A stretch of DNA of 64,000 bases, from contig CBFDEM010000028.1 in NCBI GenBank assembly GCA_965603825.1, positions 620,395 through 684,394 of the forward strand, written 5' to 3'. The first letter of the stretch is position 1. Each line of letters starts with the position of its first letter. Source of the stretch: Blepharisma stoltei ATCC 30299. Its lineage: Eukaryota; Protista; Ciliophora. This document shows positions 23,350 through 35,300 of this stretch, in pieces. A program made the translations under genes and the position numbers. The notes under the pieces are model-generated. The model did not search any database. It saw only the letters and a program-made list of their open reading frames with translations, and was not told where the DNA came from.

Positions 23350-25002
23350 AATATACTCTAGCATTGTAAATTAAAGATTTCAATTTTTCAGATTATGGGT
23401 ATGTGTAAAAGAAATTTATTAAACCTTGCAACGCGGCATATTTTTCTAAAGAACTATCTCAACAGATTAGTAGGTATTACAAAAAGATTTCTTTCAAGTT
23501 AAATTTCCTTTTTCTATTGCATAATTTTTATGCAGGATACGATAATCGATCTTAGTTTAAGGGCTTAATATATGATAGCTGCGATAAAAATAAGATATTT
23601 AGCTCAACTATAATATAAAGATTCAAATATCAGTCTTAAAGTCATTAAATTTATAGTGAAATATCCTCAAATAGTTGACTTACTCAAATTTTCTTCTTGT
23701 GGGAAGTAATCAAGCTCATTTTCTCTAGTGTTATATGAAATCACGCAGCTTATCAGTTTGAGATCGTCCCTATAAATTTCTAAAATTTATGAGCAAACTT
23801 ATTTGTAGTTCTTGATTAACAATTAGTCTTTTCAATATCATACTCTCCTTATTAGAGCAAGCTTTTATAGTTTTCTACATTAGAATGATATCCTTGATTG
23901 TAGTTTTCTAAACTCAAACTCTTTTGCAAAATATTTTATAATCTTTTATGTTAGGACTTTCTAATTTTGAGTTCTCGAAAGTGCAAGACTAACTGCCATT
24001 AATTCAAATAGCCATATGATTAATAATATTTTTCAAATTTAAAACGAAGAGTTCATTAATAGAGAAGTCAAAGTATCTCTGGATTTTTGAAATATCTTAA
24101 AGGGTATCAGGGATTTTGGTCCATCTTCGCTTTTTTTTCCAATTTAATAGTGTTTAAATCATCATCTCTGGTAGTTTTTTATGCTTGTTTTGAATAATTT
24201 TCTTAAGTAGTATATGATCACCAAGCTTTGAGCAAAACATTGACTTCTTTTAGCAGTTATGGTAAAACAAATTTCAGAGTTTTCTATAAGATAATAAGAT
24301 TATGATCCAAATATTTGCGGAATCCGATATTTTTTTCAGACCTCGATTAACGGGTAGAAAAGAAACATTATTGTCTAAACATTTGAGAATTCCATTGCAA
24401 ATGCAATTACCAAAGAATAGATATCAATTTCATTTTCATATTTTTGGTTCTAGATAATAATGTTAGAATTTGAGTAGCAAAATCTGACAGGAGCTATGCA
24501 AAAAGCTTCCAAAATAAGTGTTTTTAAAGCATTTACAAGTTGATCTTCATTTTCTTCGTTTTCTCTGACTAAGAAACAATCATTTTCTAAATTATTGATA
24601 ATAAATTTTGCATGTCTAAAAGAATTAGTAATTGATTTCAAGCCATTTTTCTTTAAAGCAGCATTCTCGACAATATCTAAGTCATGACAACTTAAGTTAT
24701 CAAAGTGCTACCAAAATTTGTAGATATATAGATGCTCATAAAATTGTGCAGTTTTTTAGCTTTTCCACTACTAAGCATTTTCACGTAATTAAATAAATTC
24801 TGTAATATTTCGAAAGATCGATACTTAAGACTCCACTTATGGGTTTATTTGTCATTTTTTAATTTCTCAACAATTTTCACACAGAGCTCTATCAGCGTAA
24901 TATATTCGAATTCGCAAAATTCTTTGTAGCAGTTTCAAAGTTAGTTGATTGAATTTCTTCCATAAGACTCCTCGCATGCTCTGATATGGCATGATCCGGC
25001 AT
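23350..25002 (-). pseudogene. Probable decayed gene; boundaries approximate
   Basis: 1.6 kb with coding-like strand bias, short protein-like frames (MPDHAISEHARSLMEEIQ..., track ORF 24450-24641) broken by TAA/TAG and frameshifts that tiny introns do not obviously repair. Confidence 0.35.
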
Positions 25003-25306
25003 TTTAAATTATTTTGTCAAAAATATCTAGACAGTCAAAATAAGATAATGGAGAAAATTTAAGATATTTTCAGATTTAAATTAATCTGATTGATAGAGAC
25101 AAATCTAATGATAAAAGACTCAATAATAAATGGGTTTTAGATTAATAATAATTAGACATATTATAAAGTCTATATATATTACTTAGTCCCTGAATATCTT
25201 TAAGTTAAATTATCCCGTAAATAGTTTTTCTCATATAACTTTACTCATAATTCAATTAATTTCGAATTTTTATAGATAGATAAATAAATTAATTCTAAGA
25301 TTGATC

Positions 25307-26263
25307 ATGGAAAGCGAGATATGTGAACTTTGCGGAGTCGAAGTGTCAAAAATTTCCATCAGTATTCACAAAACTAGGTGTCAAAAGCTTCGAGATCTTA
25401 ATGGGCAACCCTCTTCAGGCCTAATCAAAATTCCTTCTACGAAACCTCAACCTCTTAGCCCTCAAATCTGTTCAGCCTGCAGCCAACCAATGATGCCAAA
25501 TCATCAATGCGAACCCCAACATCTATGTGAATACTGTCAAGATATGTTTTCATCAGCGTCCTTTGCTGAACACATAAGAACATGCGGAAGTCGAACCGAA
25601 AAATGCGAAAGATGCAATCAATACATTTTATTGAGAGATTTCAATAGGCATATAGCAGAAAATAGCTGCAGACCTCCGAGCAATTTAAGATTTCCATCCC
25701 TAACAGATCTTCCTGCATTTCAGCCTCCAACACAAGCCTTTCCAATTCCAAGAGTCCCTCAACGCCTCCCAAACCAAGGCCAAACCTACCCACTTATAAG
25801 CATCCCTCAAAGTATTCACAGATTTCCACCTAATCTGCCAGACCCCCAGGGTCTTGCTCCTTCTCAGCCTGAAGACAATTCCCAAGAAACTCCTTTAAGA
25901 CAAGCAACTACCTTAAATGGTTATGATATTCGGCTTGAAATCCAAAGAGGACTGCAAGCCAAAAAAGACCATGACGAAAAAATAAAGCAGGAACAATTGA
26001 TGAAAATGAATGAAAAACTTGATATGGTAATGAAAAAACTCAAAGAAATTGAAATAAAGGACAAAGGAATAGAAGAAGAAAAGAAATTGATTGAAGAAGA
26101 GAAAAAAAATAAACAAGTAGAAGACTGTGATGGAAAAGACCAAGAAATGTATGAAACGTATGCGTTTGGGACAATCCCAAGGGCAGAAATCAATGAGTTT
26201 GGTGAGTTTACACAGCCTGAAGATAATGCGTTTGATGATGTTTGGGAAGAATTTGTTGGCTAA
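25307..26263 (+). CDS. TRAF-type zinc-finger protein (XAF1/TRAFD1-like N-terminus), ~318 aa
   Basis: CEYC...EHIRTCGSRTEKCERCNQYI..RD...H; Pro/Gln-rich linker, coiled coil, acidic tail. Confidence 0.8.
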   Translation: MESEICELCGVEVSKISISIHKTRCQKLRDLNGQPSSGLIKIPSTKPQPLSPQICSACSQPMMPNHQCEPQHLCEYCQDMFSSASFAEHIRTCGSRTEKCERCNQYILLRDFNRHIAENSCRPPSNLRFPSLTDLPAFQPPTQAFPIPRVPQRLPNQGQTYPLISIPQSIHRFPPNLPDPQGLAPSQPEDNSQETPLRQATTLNGYDIRLEIQRGLQAKKDHDEKIKQEQLMKMNEKLDMVMKKLKEIEIKDKGIEEEKKLIEEEKKNKQVEDCDGKDQEMYETYAFGTIPRAEINEFGEFTQPEDNAFDDVWEEFVG

Positions 26264-29079
26264 TCAAAGGATGTTAATGTTAATGATAATTTATTTGCTG
26301 GGGAAAAATTTCTAGAAATTGTTGTTTTACGCCTTTGGACTACTTTTGGAGTTTGTGGCCGACCAGCTCCATATGAAGATGTCCGGCTTTTGCTGGAAGC
26401 TGATGTGTTTGCAGATGAAAATAAAAAATTTAAATCATTTTCATGACTCATCAGCTGCTTTCTCATGCTTTTTAGTTCTTTTTCAAGCTTGGCTATAATT
26501 TCGTCTTTCTTTAAAGCCTCTTTTTGGAAATTCTGGATTTCGCTTAATTCTGATTCTTTTTGTTTTAGCTGCGCTGACAAAATAGAGCATTTTTCTCTTG
26601 ACTTGTCGTAATTTGCTTGCATTGTCTGAGTCATTTTTTGCATTGAGTTTTCAAGGTATTCTATTTTTGACTGGCATTTATTTATGACTGCTCTTTGCCG
26701 TTTTAGGACTTCGCTTTCACATTTTTCAGGCTCTGGGTCTGTTTGAATGAATTTTTCAGTGGTTTTTATTTCAGGGTATTTTAGAGAGTGAATTTCAGAA
26801 TTTAGTTCAATAATTTTTGCTTTTAGTTCTGAGTTCTGATAGTTTGCCACTTTTAAGTCACTAAACATATTTTCTATTTCTTTTTTTGAGTGGTTTTCGT
26901 GCTCTAACAGTTTTATTTCTTTTGAGTGAGACTCAATATTTAACGACTCAAGCAGGTTTCTTAACTCCTCAACTTGAGAGTCATAGGCTGACCTTATCAG
27001 ATTTTCATTCTTTTTATAGAGCTCTTCTTTCATTTCTAGCTCCCTTTTACTATCTTCAAGAATCCTTTTGATTTCTTTGGCATGTATTTCTGATAATTCT
27101 TGGATTACCTTTTGTGATTCTTTTCCACTAATAAGTGATATTTCTTCAGTTTTCTTTTTAATTATCTCTTCCAGTTCTTTTTTTTCTTCTTTTAGCTTCT
27201 CTTTCTTTTTTCTCATCTTTTCTTTTAGGTTTCTTATAGATTTTTCTTTTTTAATTTCAGCTTCTTTCAATATTTCCTGGCATTTATTTTCGCATTCTAT
27301 TTCTTTCGCAACCATTTCTTTTTCCTTGCCTACAATTATACTAAATAATGTATTTTTTTCAGCTTTATAAATATCCTGCAGTTTTTTGATATCATCATTA
27401 TGCCGTTGAGCAAGGCTTTCAATTCTTTCTTTGCATTTTTCTTTCAATATTTTAGACTTAGCTTTATAAGCAGATTTAGCTTTGCTTAATTCATGCTGAA
27501 TCCTTTCTTCTACTTCTGCTTGAATTGATGTTATTTTTTCAGTAGTTTTCGCAATAATAGACTGATTTTTAAATCTAAATTGTGCCTCGTTTTCTTTCAG
27601 CTCACTATATTTTTCTTTTAGTTCTAAATATTCGCTTTCAATTGATTTGCATAGCTTTTCTCTATCCTGGCATTTATAATTCAAAGCCGAATTTTCATTT
27701 TCTAAGTTTTCAATTTTCTGCTTTAAAATTGATACTTCTTTGCTTAAACTCACCTTCTGTGAATAATGGAATTTTTCTTCTTGGCTTAATTCTTCAGATT
27801 TTTCAGCCAAGGCTTTATCATACCATTTTCTATAGTCTTCAATTCTTTGTTTAAAATAATTTTTCATATTTTCTTCATTGCTTCTTGCTCTATCTTTAAT
27901 CTCATTAATTCGCTCTTCAGTGACTGCTTTGATTTTTTCAATTTCCTCAGAATAATTTTTTGTTAAATTAGATATTTCTAGACTGTGCTCAGTAGTCAAT
28001 TTGTGAACTAAATCTTTTTGCATTTTTTCAGCTTCACGCTGCTCGTCCCTAAATTTTAAGCATAAATCTGTAATTGAGTCTTTAAGCTCAACAATTTTTT
28101 TATTTCCTACAACTAATTCATTAGTCACCTTTTCTTTTAAATTTTTCTCTGTGTCAATTTCTTTCATCCTTTCAGTCAAAACTTTTTGAGCATCGTCAAG
28201 CTCTTGCTTTGTAAATGCCAACCTTTGATTTAAGCTTTGCATTTTACTCATCACTGTCTCAAACTGATGCGATTTTTTCTCAACTTGTGCCTGCCAATGT
28301 TTTTCTCTATACTCACTTGATTTTTTATAATCTTCAAAATCGGCTTTCAGCTTTGCAAGCTCAGCGTTAGACGATTCTATTTTATGCTTTAAATCAAAAT
28401 TCCTCAGCCGAAATTCATCATATTTTGTAGTTAACGTGTAATTTTCTTCTTCTAATTTAGATATTTTTACTCTTGACTCATTGAGCAGGGCTCGAATTGC
28501 GTCTTTTTCTTCAGAAATTGCTGCAAATTTTTCTTCATTGAAATTTAGCATTAGCTGCTCATTTGAAATTAATTCTTGAGAGATTATAGGGAATGGGCTG
28601 TCTTGGCTTGCTTCTGCATTTTCAATTTGGTGCTTTTCTTCTTCAAAGGACTTTGAACGGAACACTTCTTCAATGCTGGAAATCGCTAAATTATGTTGAG
28701 TAGATTTTCTAGCAAGATTTTCACTTTTTCTGCTGTTAGCAGCTCCGATTTTGGTTTCAAATTCAGTTATCCTTTTTCGATATTGGTCTTTTTCTGTTTC
28801 CAACTTGTGCTTATAATGGTCTACTTGGAGTTTTAGCTGTTTTTCTCGCTCTTTGGTTTCTGATTTAAAATTTTCGAAACTTTTTTGGAGTGAGTCAACT
28901 TCGTCCTGGTTCGAGCCTTGCTGAGACCCTACAAGATACTCTAAAACAATTAGATTTTGCATAAGTACTTCTATAGAAGACTTTTCTATTTCGTTGCTCC
29001 TTGACAATAAATCCTGGACAAATTTTTTTATTTTACAAACCTTTGATCTTATACTTCTTTGTGTTTCGCTGTTTTCCAT
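26260..29079 (-). CDS. Long coiled-coil protein, 939 aa
   Basis: Uninterrupted E/K-rich heptad ORF with Ser/Arg-rich tail; stop TAG. Confidence 0.88.
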   Translation of the reverse strand: MENSETQRSIRSKVCKIKKFVQDLLSRSNEIEKSSIEVLMQNLIVLEYLVGSQQGSNQDEVDSLQKSFENFKSETKEREKQLKLQVDHYKHKLETEKDQYRKRITEFETKIGAANSRKSENLARKSTQHNLAISSIEEVFRSKSFEEEKHQIENAEASQDSPFPIISQELISNEQLMLNFNEEKFAAISEEKDAIRALLNESRVKISKLEEENYTLTTKYDEFRLRNFDLKHKIESSNAELAKLKADFEDYKKSSEYREKHWQAQVEKKSHQFETVMSKMQSLNQRLAFTKQELDDAQKVLTERMKEIDTEKNLKEKVTNELVVGNKKIVELKDSITDLCLKFRDEQREAEKMQKDLVHKLTTEHSLEISNLTKNYSEEIEKIKAVTEERINEIKDRARSNEENMKNYFKQRIEDYRKWYDKALAEKSEELSQEEKFHYSQKVSLSKEVSILKQKIENLENENSALNYKCQDREKLCKSIESEYLELKEKYSELKENEAQFRFKNQSIIAKTTEKITSIQAEVEERIQHELSKAKSAYKAKSKILKEKCKERIESLAQRHNDDIKKLQDIYKAEKNTLFSIIVGKEKEMVAKEIECENKCQEILKEAEIKKEKSIRNLKEKMRKKKEKLKEEKKELEEIIKKKTEEISLISGKESQKVIQELSEIHAKEIKRILEDSKRELEMKEELYKKNENLIRSAYDSQVEELRNLLESLNIESHSKEIKLLEHENHSKKEIENMFSDLKVANYQNSELKAKIIELNSEIHSLKYPEIKTTEKFIQTDPEPEKCESEVLKRQRAVINKCQSKIEYLENSMQKMTQTMQANYDKSREKCSILSAQLKQKESELSEIQNFQKEALKKDEIIAKLEKELKSMRKQLMSHENDLNFLFSSANTSASSKSRTSSYGAGRPQTPKVVQRRKTTISRNFSPANKLSLTLTSFD

Positions 29080-29323
29080 TTAATTTATAATCATTTCCCA
29101 TGAATATTCATTTTAGCTAAAGTTCTGTAGAAATAAATAATTTAAATTATATAGCTATTTATTATGGAGAGTAATTGAGATATATCTAAGATTCTATTGC
29201 ATAAAACTCAAAATTCTTAAAGAGTATGAAGAGAAATATATTTAAGAAACGAATATTAGGTTCTGTGCAAAGTCATATCGTAGCTTAAAAAATTAATATT
29301 AATTAATTTTTAAGCAAAAGCTT

Positions 29324-32300
29324 TTATCTAATGTTATTTTCGTTTTCTGTGTTTGATGTTCCAATAATCATAATGATTATCGGGAATATCCAAATCAAAA
29401 ATGCTTTAAATGCTACCTTGGCAAATGACACCACAAACAAGTTGGTCCCATAGCTCACGCTGGTATTGCAAATTCATAAATAAGTAACGTTCAGTTCAAA
29501 TTGTATTGAAAATAATATGATAGACCAACAGAAATAAAATAGAAGCCCAAATGATATCAAGTAAAACGCAATAAGCTTAAAAAGGTTATTCTTTTTGATG
29601 CTTTTATACAATGTATCATCAGTTGAAGGCAGTGGAGTAGATTTGGATAAATAATTCAATAAAATCCCTACAAGCAGCATAATACTTGAAGAATAAACCA
29701 AAATCCAGAAGTCTTGAAAAGAGTAATTATTAAAAGCACTTGAAAAATCACCGATAGAATAGTCACTTCCTTTCGGCTTAGATTGGTAAAATAGTCCTAT
29801 AAAATACATATTTCCTAATAAAGTGATCATATAAGATGTCAAACGCGAAAAATGAGTGAAGTTTTCTTTATTTGTAAAAATGGTAACGAAATCATGATTT
29901 TTTGCAATAAAAATAAGTGCCCTTGTATATCTTTTGAGAGGTTTTTCTTCTTTTACTTGATGCTTGATATCTTTCACATTTATTACATCAGCCGTGTCGA
30001 GCTTGATTATTGACATATCAAAACTATTTTTTGTTTTTAGAGTAGTGTCAATACTCATTTCTTGGCTTTCTTTTATCCAGGTTGGAGATTCCTCACTTCT
30101 TGCAGTTTCCAATTTTTCATCTCTCGTACCTATTTCTGATTCATCTAAATCGAATTTAATTATTGTGCTCTTACGTTTCATTCTAACCCTTGGATCATCA
30201 TTTTTCCGGAGGTCATGCGAATTATTAGGATCAAGCTCAGGAGCGTTTTCTTTCTTTTTTCTTTCAAGACGATCCATATTACATGCAATTGCGCTGAGAA
30301 CTGCATAAATAAACAGAACTGTAATACAAAAATATAAGCCAATTGCATTAGTTGCCCAGTCAATATCATTAAAAGCATCGACGTTGACGGTATCTCCTAT
30401 ATTGCTCCCGCTAGCAGTTGACCATGCATCAGAGAAAAATGAAGAAAAAATAGTTAAATGGTTGCATGAGCAGATTACGTTGGTAGCGTTGTAGGAATCT
30501 AGGACACAGCCAGTGGTGTGTCAACGTGTCTCATTGTTTTCTAAATAGGTGCAATAAATGGGATTATCCTTTGTCACTGGGACATCGTAGTTGTGGACGG
30601 GAATATTTATGGTGTTATAGCTTGTATTGTTTAAGTGTACTTCTTGAAAAGTTATGTTGTTTATCAGTCTGTAAGAAACTAAGGAAAATGATGGTTTTAC
30701 AGTGATATCCAGTGCAGGATCATATATAGTGATTATAACTCCAATACCTTCATTTTCATTGAAGTAATCCGAAACATTATGGCCTAACGTAACAGAAGCA
30801 TTTTTTATTTGAGATGCATAATTAGATAATTCCGAAGATGTAGTTTTAGATACTTCTGTTGCAAATTTATCTTCAATAAACGTTTTCGACTCTCCAGTAA
30901 CCATTCCAGACAATAAAACAGTACTAATTTTCCTAACATTTTCATCAATAGTATTAACGGTATTTGTTTGGTTAATAGCCCCATTGCTATCTAATTGAAA
31001 ATTATTATCGCAAATTCCTGCAAAAACTTGCATTTGGCCGTCATCAATTGTAAGTTTATCATTATTTTTAATCATGAAGTCAGCAATGTCGCTTATTTTA
31101 TTAATATTATCATAGCTGTTTATATTAGGATTCAACGTGGCAACATAAAGCATATAAAAAACAGTGGTATAGGAGTCTTCGTTATATTTGTCCATGGCTT
31201 CAACATAAAGGTTGACTTTGTCAATAATTGAATCATAAGCACTTTGCATTTGGGAATCTACGTCAGAGTATTCGTTATTAATGATATTATCTCTATTTAA
31301 TACTAGCGCTGACAACTCGGATGCAAACCCAGGAACTGCTTGCGGGTTTAAAACTGGCAAATTCATGCGGTAATCGATATATTGGTCAATATTCGGATTT
31401 TCGTTAATTGTGACATAGGAAATTTTGTTGGTTTTTGAAGCCAAGGAGTCATAGATGTCTACTGAAATTGTAATATTTCCTGGAGAATAGGGGAAGTTTG
31501 TGAATATTAGAGAGGATAAATTTTTAGCAGAAATTGCTTGATAAGCATCAGAAATGTAGTAGCCGAAAGAGTATTGAAGTGGCAAATTGTTTTCTGGATC
31601 TTCCCAATTTAGTGCTGCCACTGTGAAAATCGTTGACATTTCTAGGCCTGAGCTGGGGACAACCATAAGTTTTCCATTATTTGGAGGGTTGTTTACATAA
31701 AATGTTCAGGTAAACGAAAACTCATTGTCAACAGAAGCAAGCAAAGTATAGGAGAAGCCTGAAGCCAATGAATTTGGAGGGATGACCAAATAATTAGAGT
31801 TCGTAGGAGTTGAATAAGAAATTTCTGATGAAGAATTTAATGACCAGTCAACTGAAGAGAATGTCCCTTTGATTTCAATTCTGTAAGTTGTATCAGGATT
31901 TGCGATGTTAGGGATTGAGCTGGATACTTCTACCATATTTACTGGAGGGACTGTCTTATTGATAGCTGTGATGGTTATGCTTTTTTGTGAACTTTTGGCT
32001 GTGCTGACAGGGTTTGTAGTTATTTTTGTGAAATTTAATGTGAAGTTGTAGACTGCGCCTAGAGTCAAAGTATTTGCTGGAACTATTAAAACAGAAGAGC
32101 TAAAATCATGAATAAAATCTGAACAACTAGTGGAAGAGCCATGAATTTGGCAGCTTCACTGGTATAAAAAGTTCGAATTATAGTCAGGATCATAAGAATC
32201 GCCTGCATCGACAACTAAGTTTTGGCTTACGCCTGAATCTCCATCAGTTCGATTAAAAACGATAATAGGGTCTGATGATTGAGTTTCAATTGAAAAACTT

Positions 32301-35300
32301 GTTTCTCCAGGAATATTATAAGTCAAATCTTTTGCAAAAACTTTGAAATCTATCGTAGACGAAGCAGGAAGGGTTTTTGGAGGAATATTCAGCAGATACT
32401 GAGACTTCTGAGCGCTCCAAAATGTGCTTTCGTCAATGCTTGAAGCATTATTGCTGACCCCAGAGATGCTTCACGTGATGTTTAAGTTATCAGAAATATT
32501 GCAAGAAGTTATTGATCCAACAGAAACCGTATATGATTTCAGCCTATCAAAGGAGCTGGCTAATAAAGGGTCAATATTTATTATAAGAGTAGGAGATGCT
32601 GTAGCATTAATTTCCTTGTCTATAGTCGAAATGCCTCCAAAATTATTTTTCATAGAAAAAGACGCATGAATAATTCCTTCAGTTAAATTTTCTTTTTTAA
32701 TGCTAAGCGCAGTATAAGAGTTACTATACTCAGTAGAAAAAGAAGAAATTACAGAGCTGGGGGGATTAGAAGAGAGTGTCCATTTATAAACCTCATAAGG
32801 CAGTCCTTTGTCAACAATCACATCTAATAAGAGATCCTGACATGATATCTCAAGAATCTTCGGAGCTATATATGTAAATTTTGGCGTTGGCACATCACCT
32901 TGCAAGGCTACAGGAATTGAGAGTTGCAGCTTCGATTTCCCACACAATGGAACTGAGCTTATTAGTGCCCCAGGCTTAAAAATTGCATTTTCTGTGCTAA
33001 AAGTGTAATCGTGTCCCAATAAAACTTTTAAAGAACTAAAATCTGATGCAAAGCTGCATGAATAGTCCAAACCAAAGCCTGCCAAAGTGGAAGAATCGAA
33101 CGATGAGCTGCAGTTGTACGGGGAACGGTCTGCTGGAATATTAAAGGTAAACTGAATTTCTGAATAACTATTTCTAAATGACGCAGCAATATTGGTGGTA
33201 TCCAAGTAGTTCACACATGCAATGCAGGTTCCTTGGTTCATATAGTAATAATTATTGCAAACACACTGATTTAGCGTTGAATCATATTTAGCATTAGCAA
33301 TATTGCAAATGCAGGTAGATCCTTCACGTGAAGCGTTTTCAGGACATTTGATGCAGAGACCATTATCTAGCCAATAATTAGCATTGCAAACGCATTTATT
33401 TGATGACGAATCATAGGATGCATTAGATATGCTGCAGGTGCATGTGGCTCCGTTAGGTATAGCATTTTCAGGACAAGTGGTGCAGAAACCATTATAGAGC
33501 CGATAGCCACTGTTGCAAACACATTGAGCCAGGGTAGAATCATATGAGGCGTTATCAATATTGCATATGCATGAAGATCTTTGAGGTGTTGCATTATCTG
33601 GACAGATAGTGCAGAAATCATTATAGAGCCGATAGCCACTATTGCAAGTGCACTTATTTGAGGTGAAGTTATATGAAGCATAAGGATCATTGCAGACACA
33701 TTGATTTGTAGAAGCATTATAGGTAGAATTGAGATCTTTGCAGACACATGTGGAACCTTCAGGTATAGAATCTTCAGGGCAATAGGTACAGAAACTTACA
33801 TAAAACCAAAAGCCGCTCTTGCAGGTGCATGGAGGCTGCACAGGGTCGCAATTGTCAATGCAAGCTAGGCAGCCACTCCAGTCATTACAAGAAGCGCATA
33901 ATGGGTCATCACACAAATTGCAGGTATCATCGTTTCTTACACAGCCTTTTGATGAGCAGGAGCTTGAGCACTGCAACCACGAAGAAGTTGAGGAGTTATA
34001 GTAGTTGCTAATAGGTTCATTTGCTAAACAATTGGGAGCATACCCAACTGGGCAAATTGTGCATCCTGGGTTGCAGTTATAAAAGACGTCATTTAAGGTA
34101 GGGTTCGTAGGGACGATTCATATATTCATACTGTAAATAAATCCGGTAAAAAAGTCGGAGTATGTTGAAGATGAGGCATGCTGAGCACCAATCAAAATAG
34201 AGTAGGCGATGCTCGAATCTTGTAAGGGACTTTTAGCTGGAGTTGCCATGTCTAACTGGCTGTTAATGTAAAATGTCACTTGCGTGTATGGGAAACTATA
34301 AGAAAGAGAAAATGCTGCATAATTTCAGCCTTGGGTATTAGTTTCATGATATGAAATATATGTTTGCTGTGAAAGAAAAGAGTGTACTACGACATATAGT
34401 TTTGGCAGAGATATGCTAACTTCTATCAAAGCTGCCATTGATGAATTTTGCTTTGTAAAAATAACTTGTTTAGTGCTTGAAGTAGTTGAGGTTGGCCAAA
34501 TCCATATAGAAAAAGTAATGGCGGTAGCAAAATTAAGAGAGTACGAACTATCATTTATATTTGGAGGCAATTGCATCAAAGAGTTGCCATTAAAGTAGTA
34601 CCCTCTTTTATATGCTGGGATAGGATCATAGCTATCATAGGTAGGGTAGAAACTATCTGAACTCCCGGATAGGACGTTAAAATTATTCACAGTATCTTTC
34701 ACGAGTCCTTCAATTTTATTCAATTTCAAAGAAAATATTAATCCTTGGTGGCTATCAAGCACACAGCTTCCAGCTTGATTCCCATTTGTTCCAGTTGGAC
34801 AGAAATTCATACATATGGACTGGAATTGCAAATTCGATGAGCAATAACAGGCAAAAACTAACGGATCTAGCACTGAAAAAGTGTAGGGGCATGCGCATTG
34901 GCCATCGATAAATAAGAAATCTCCATGGCACAGCCCACAAGTAGAAGTTCCAGTGCAAGTATCGCATCCTGTTAAGGAGCATAAGGTGCAGTCATTCCCA
35001 TTGGCGCATCCATGCATGCAGTTGCTAAGACAATTGACACAGTTAGAGTTTATATATTGATTATATTGGCAGTTTGTTGGTAGGCAGAGTAAAGAAGGAG
35101 GACATGCTGAGCAGCCTGCTGGGCATCCTGAAGTAATATATTCAGATAGAGAGATAAGATTTGGAGCATCACGGAAAGCATGAAAAAAATAAATATATCC
35201 ACTAAACCCTAAAGCCTTTCTGACAGCCCACTCAGGACAGGATCCAATATATTTCACATAGTTTGCGTCTGGATCAATATAAGTGTTTGCAAATGAAATA

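Noticed and set aside
29324-30400. Adhesion GPCR (7-TM) call for the GPS proteins
   Set aside because: Only about 5 helices, long loop after TM1, PKD1-like TM2 motif and an upstream REJ domain.
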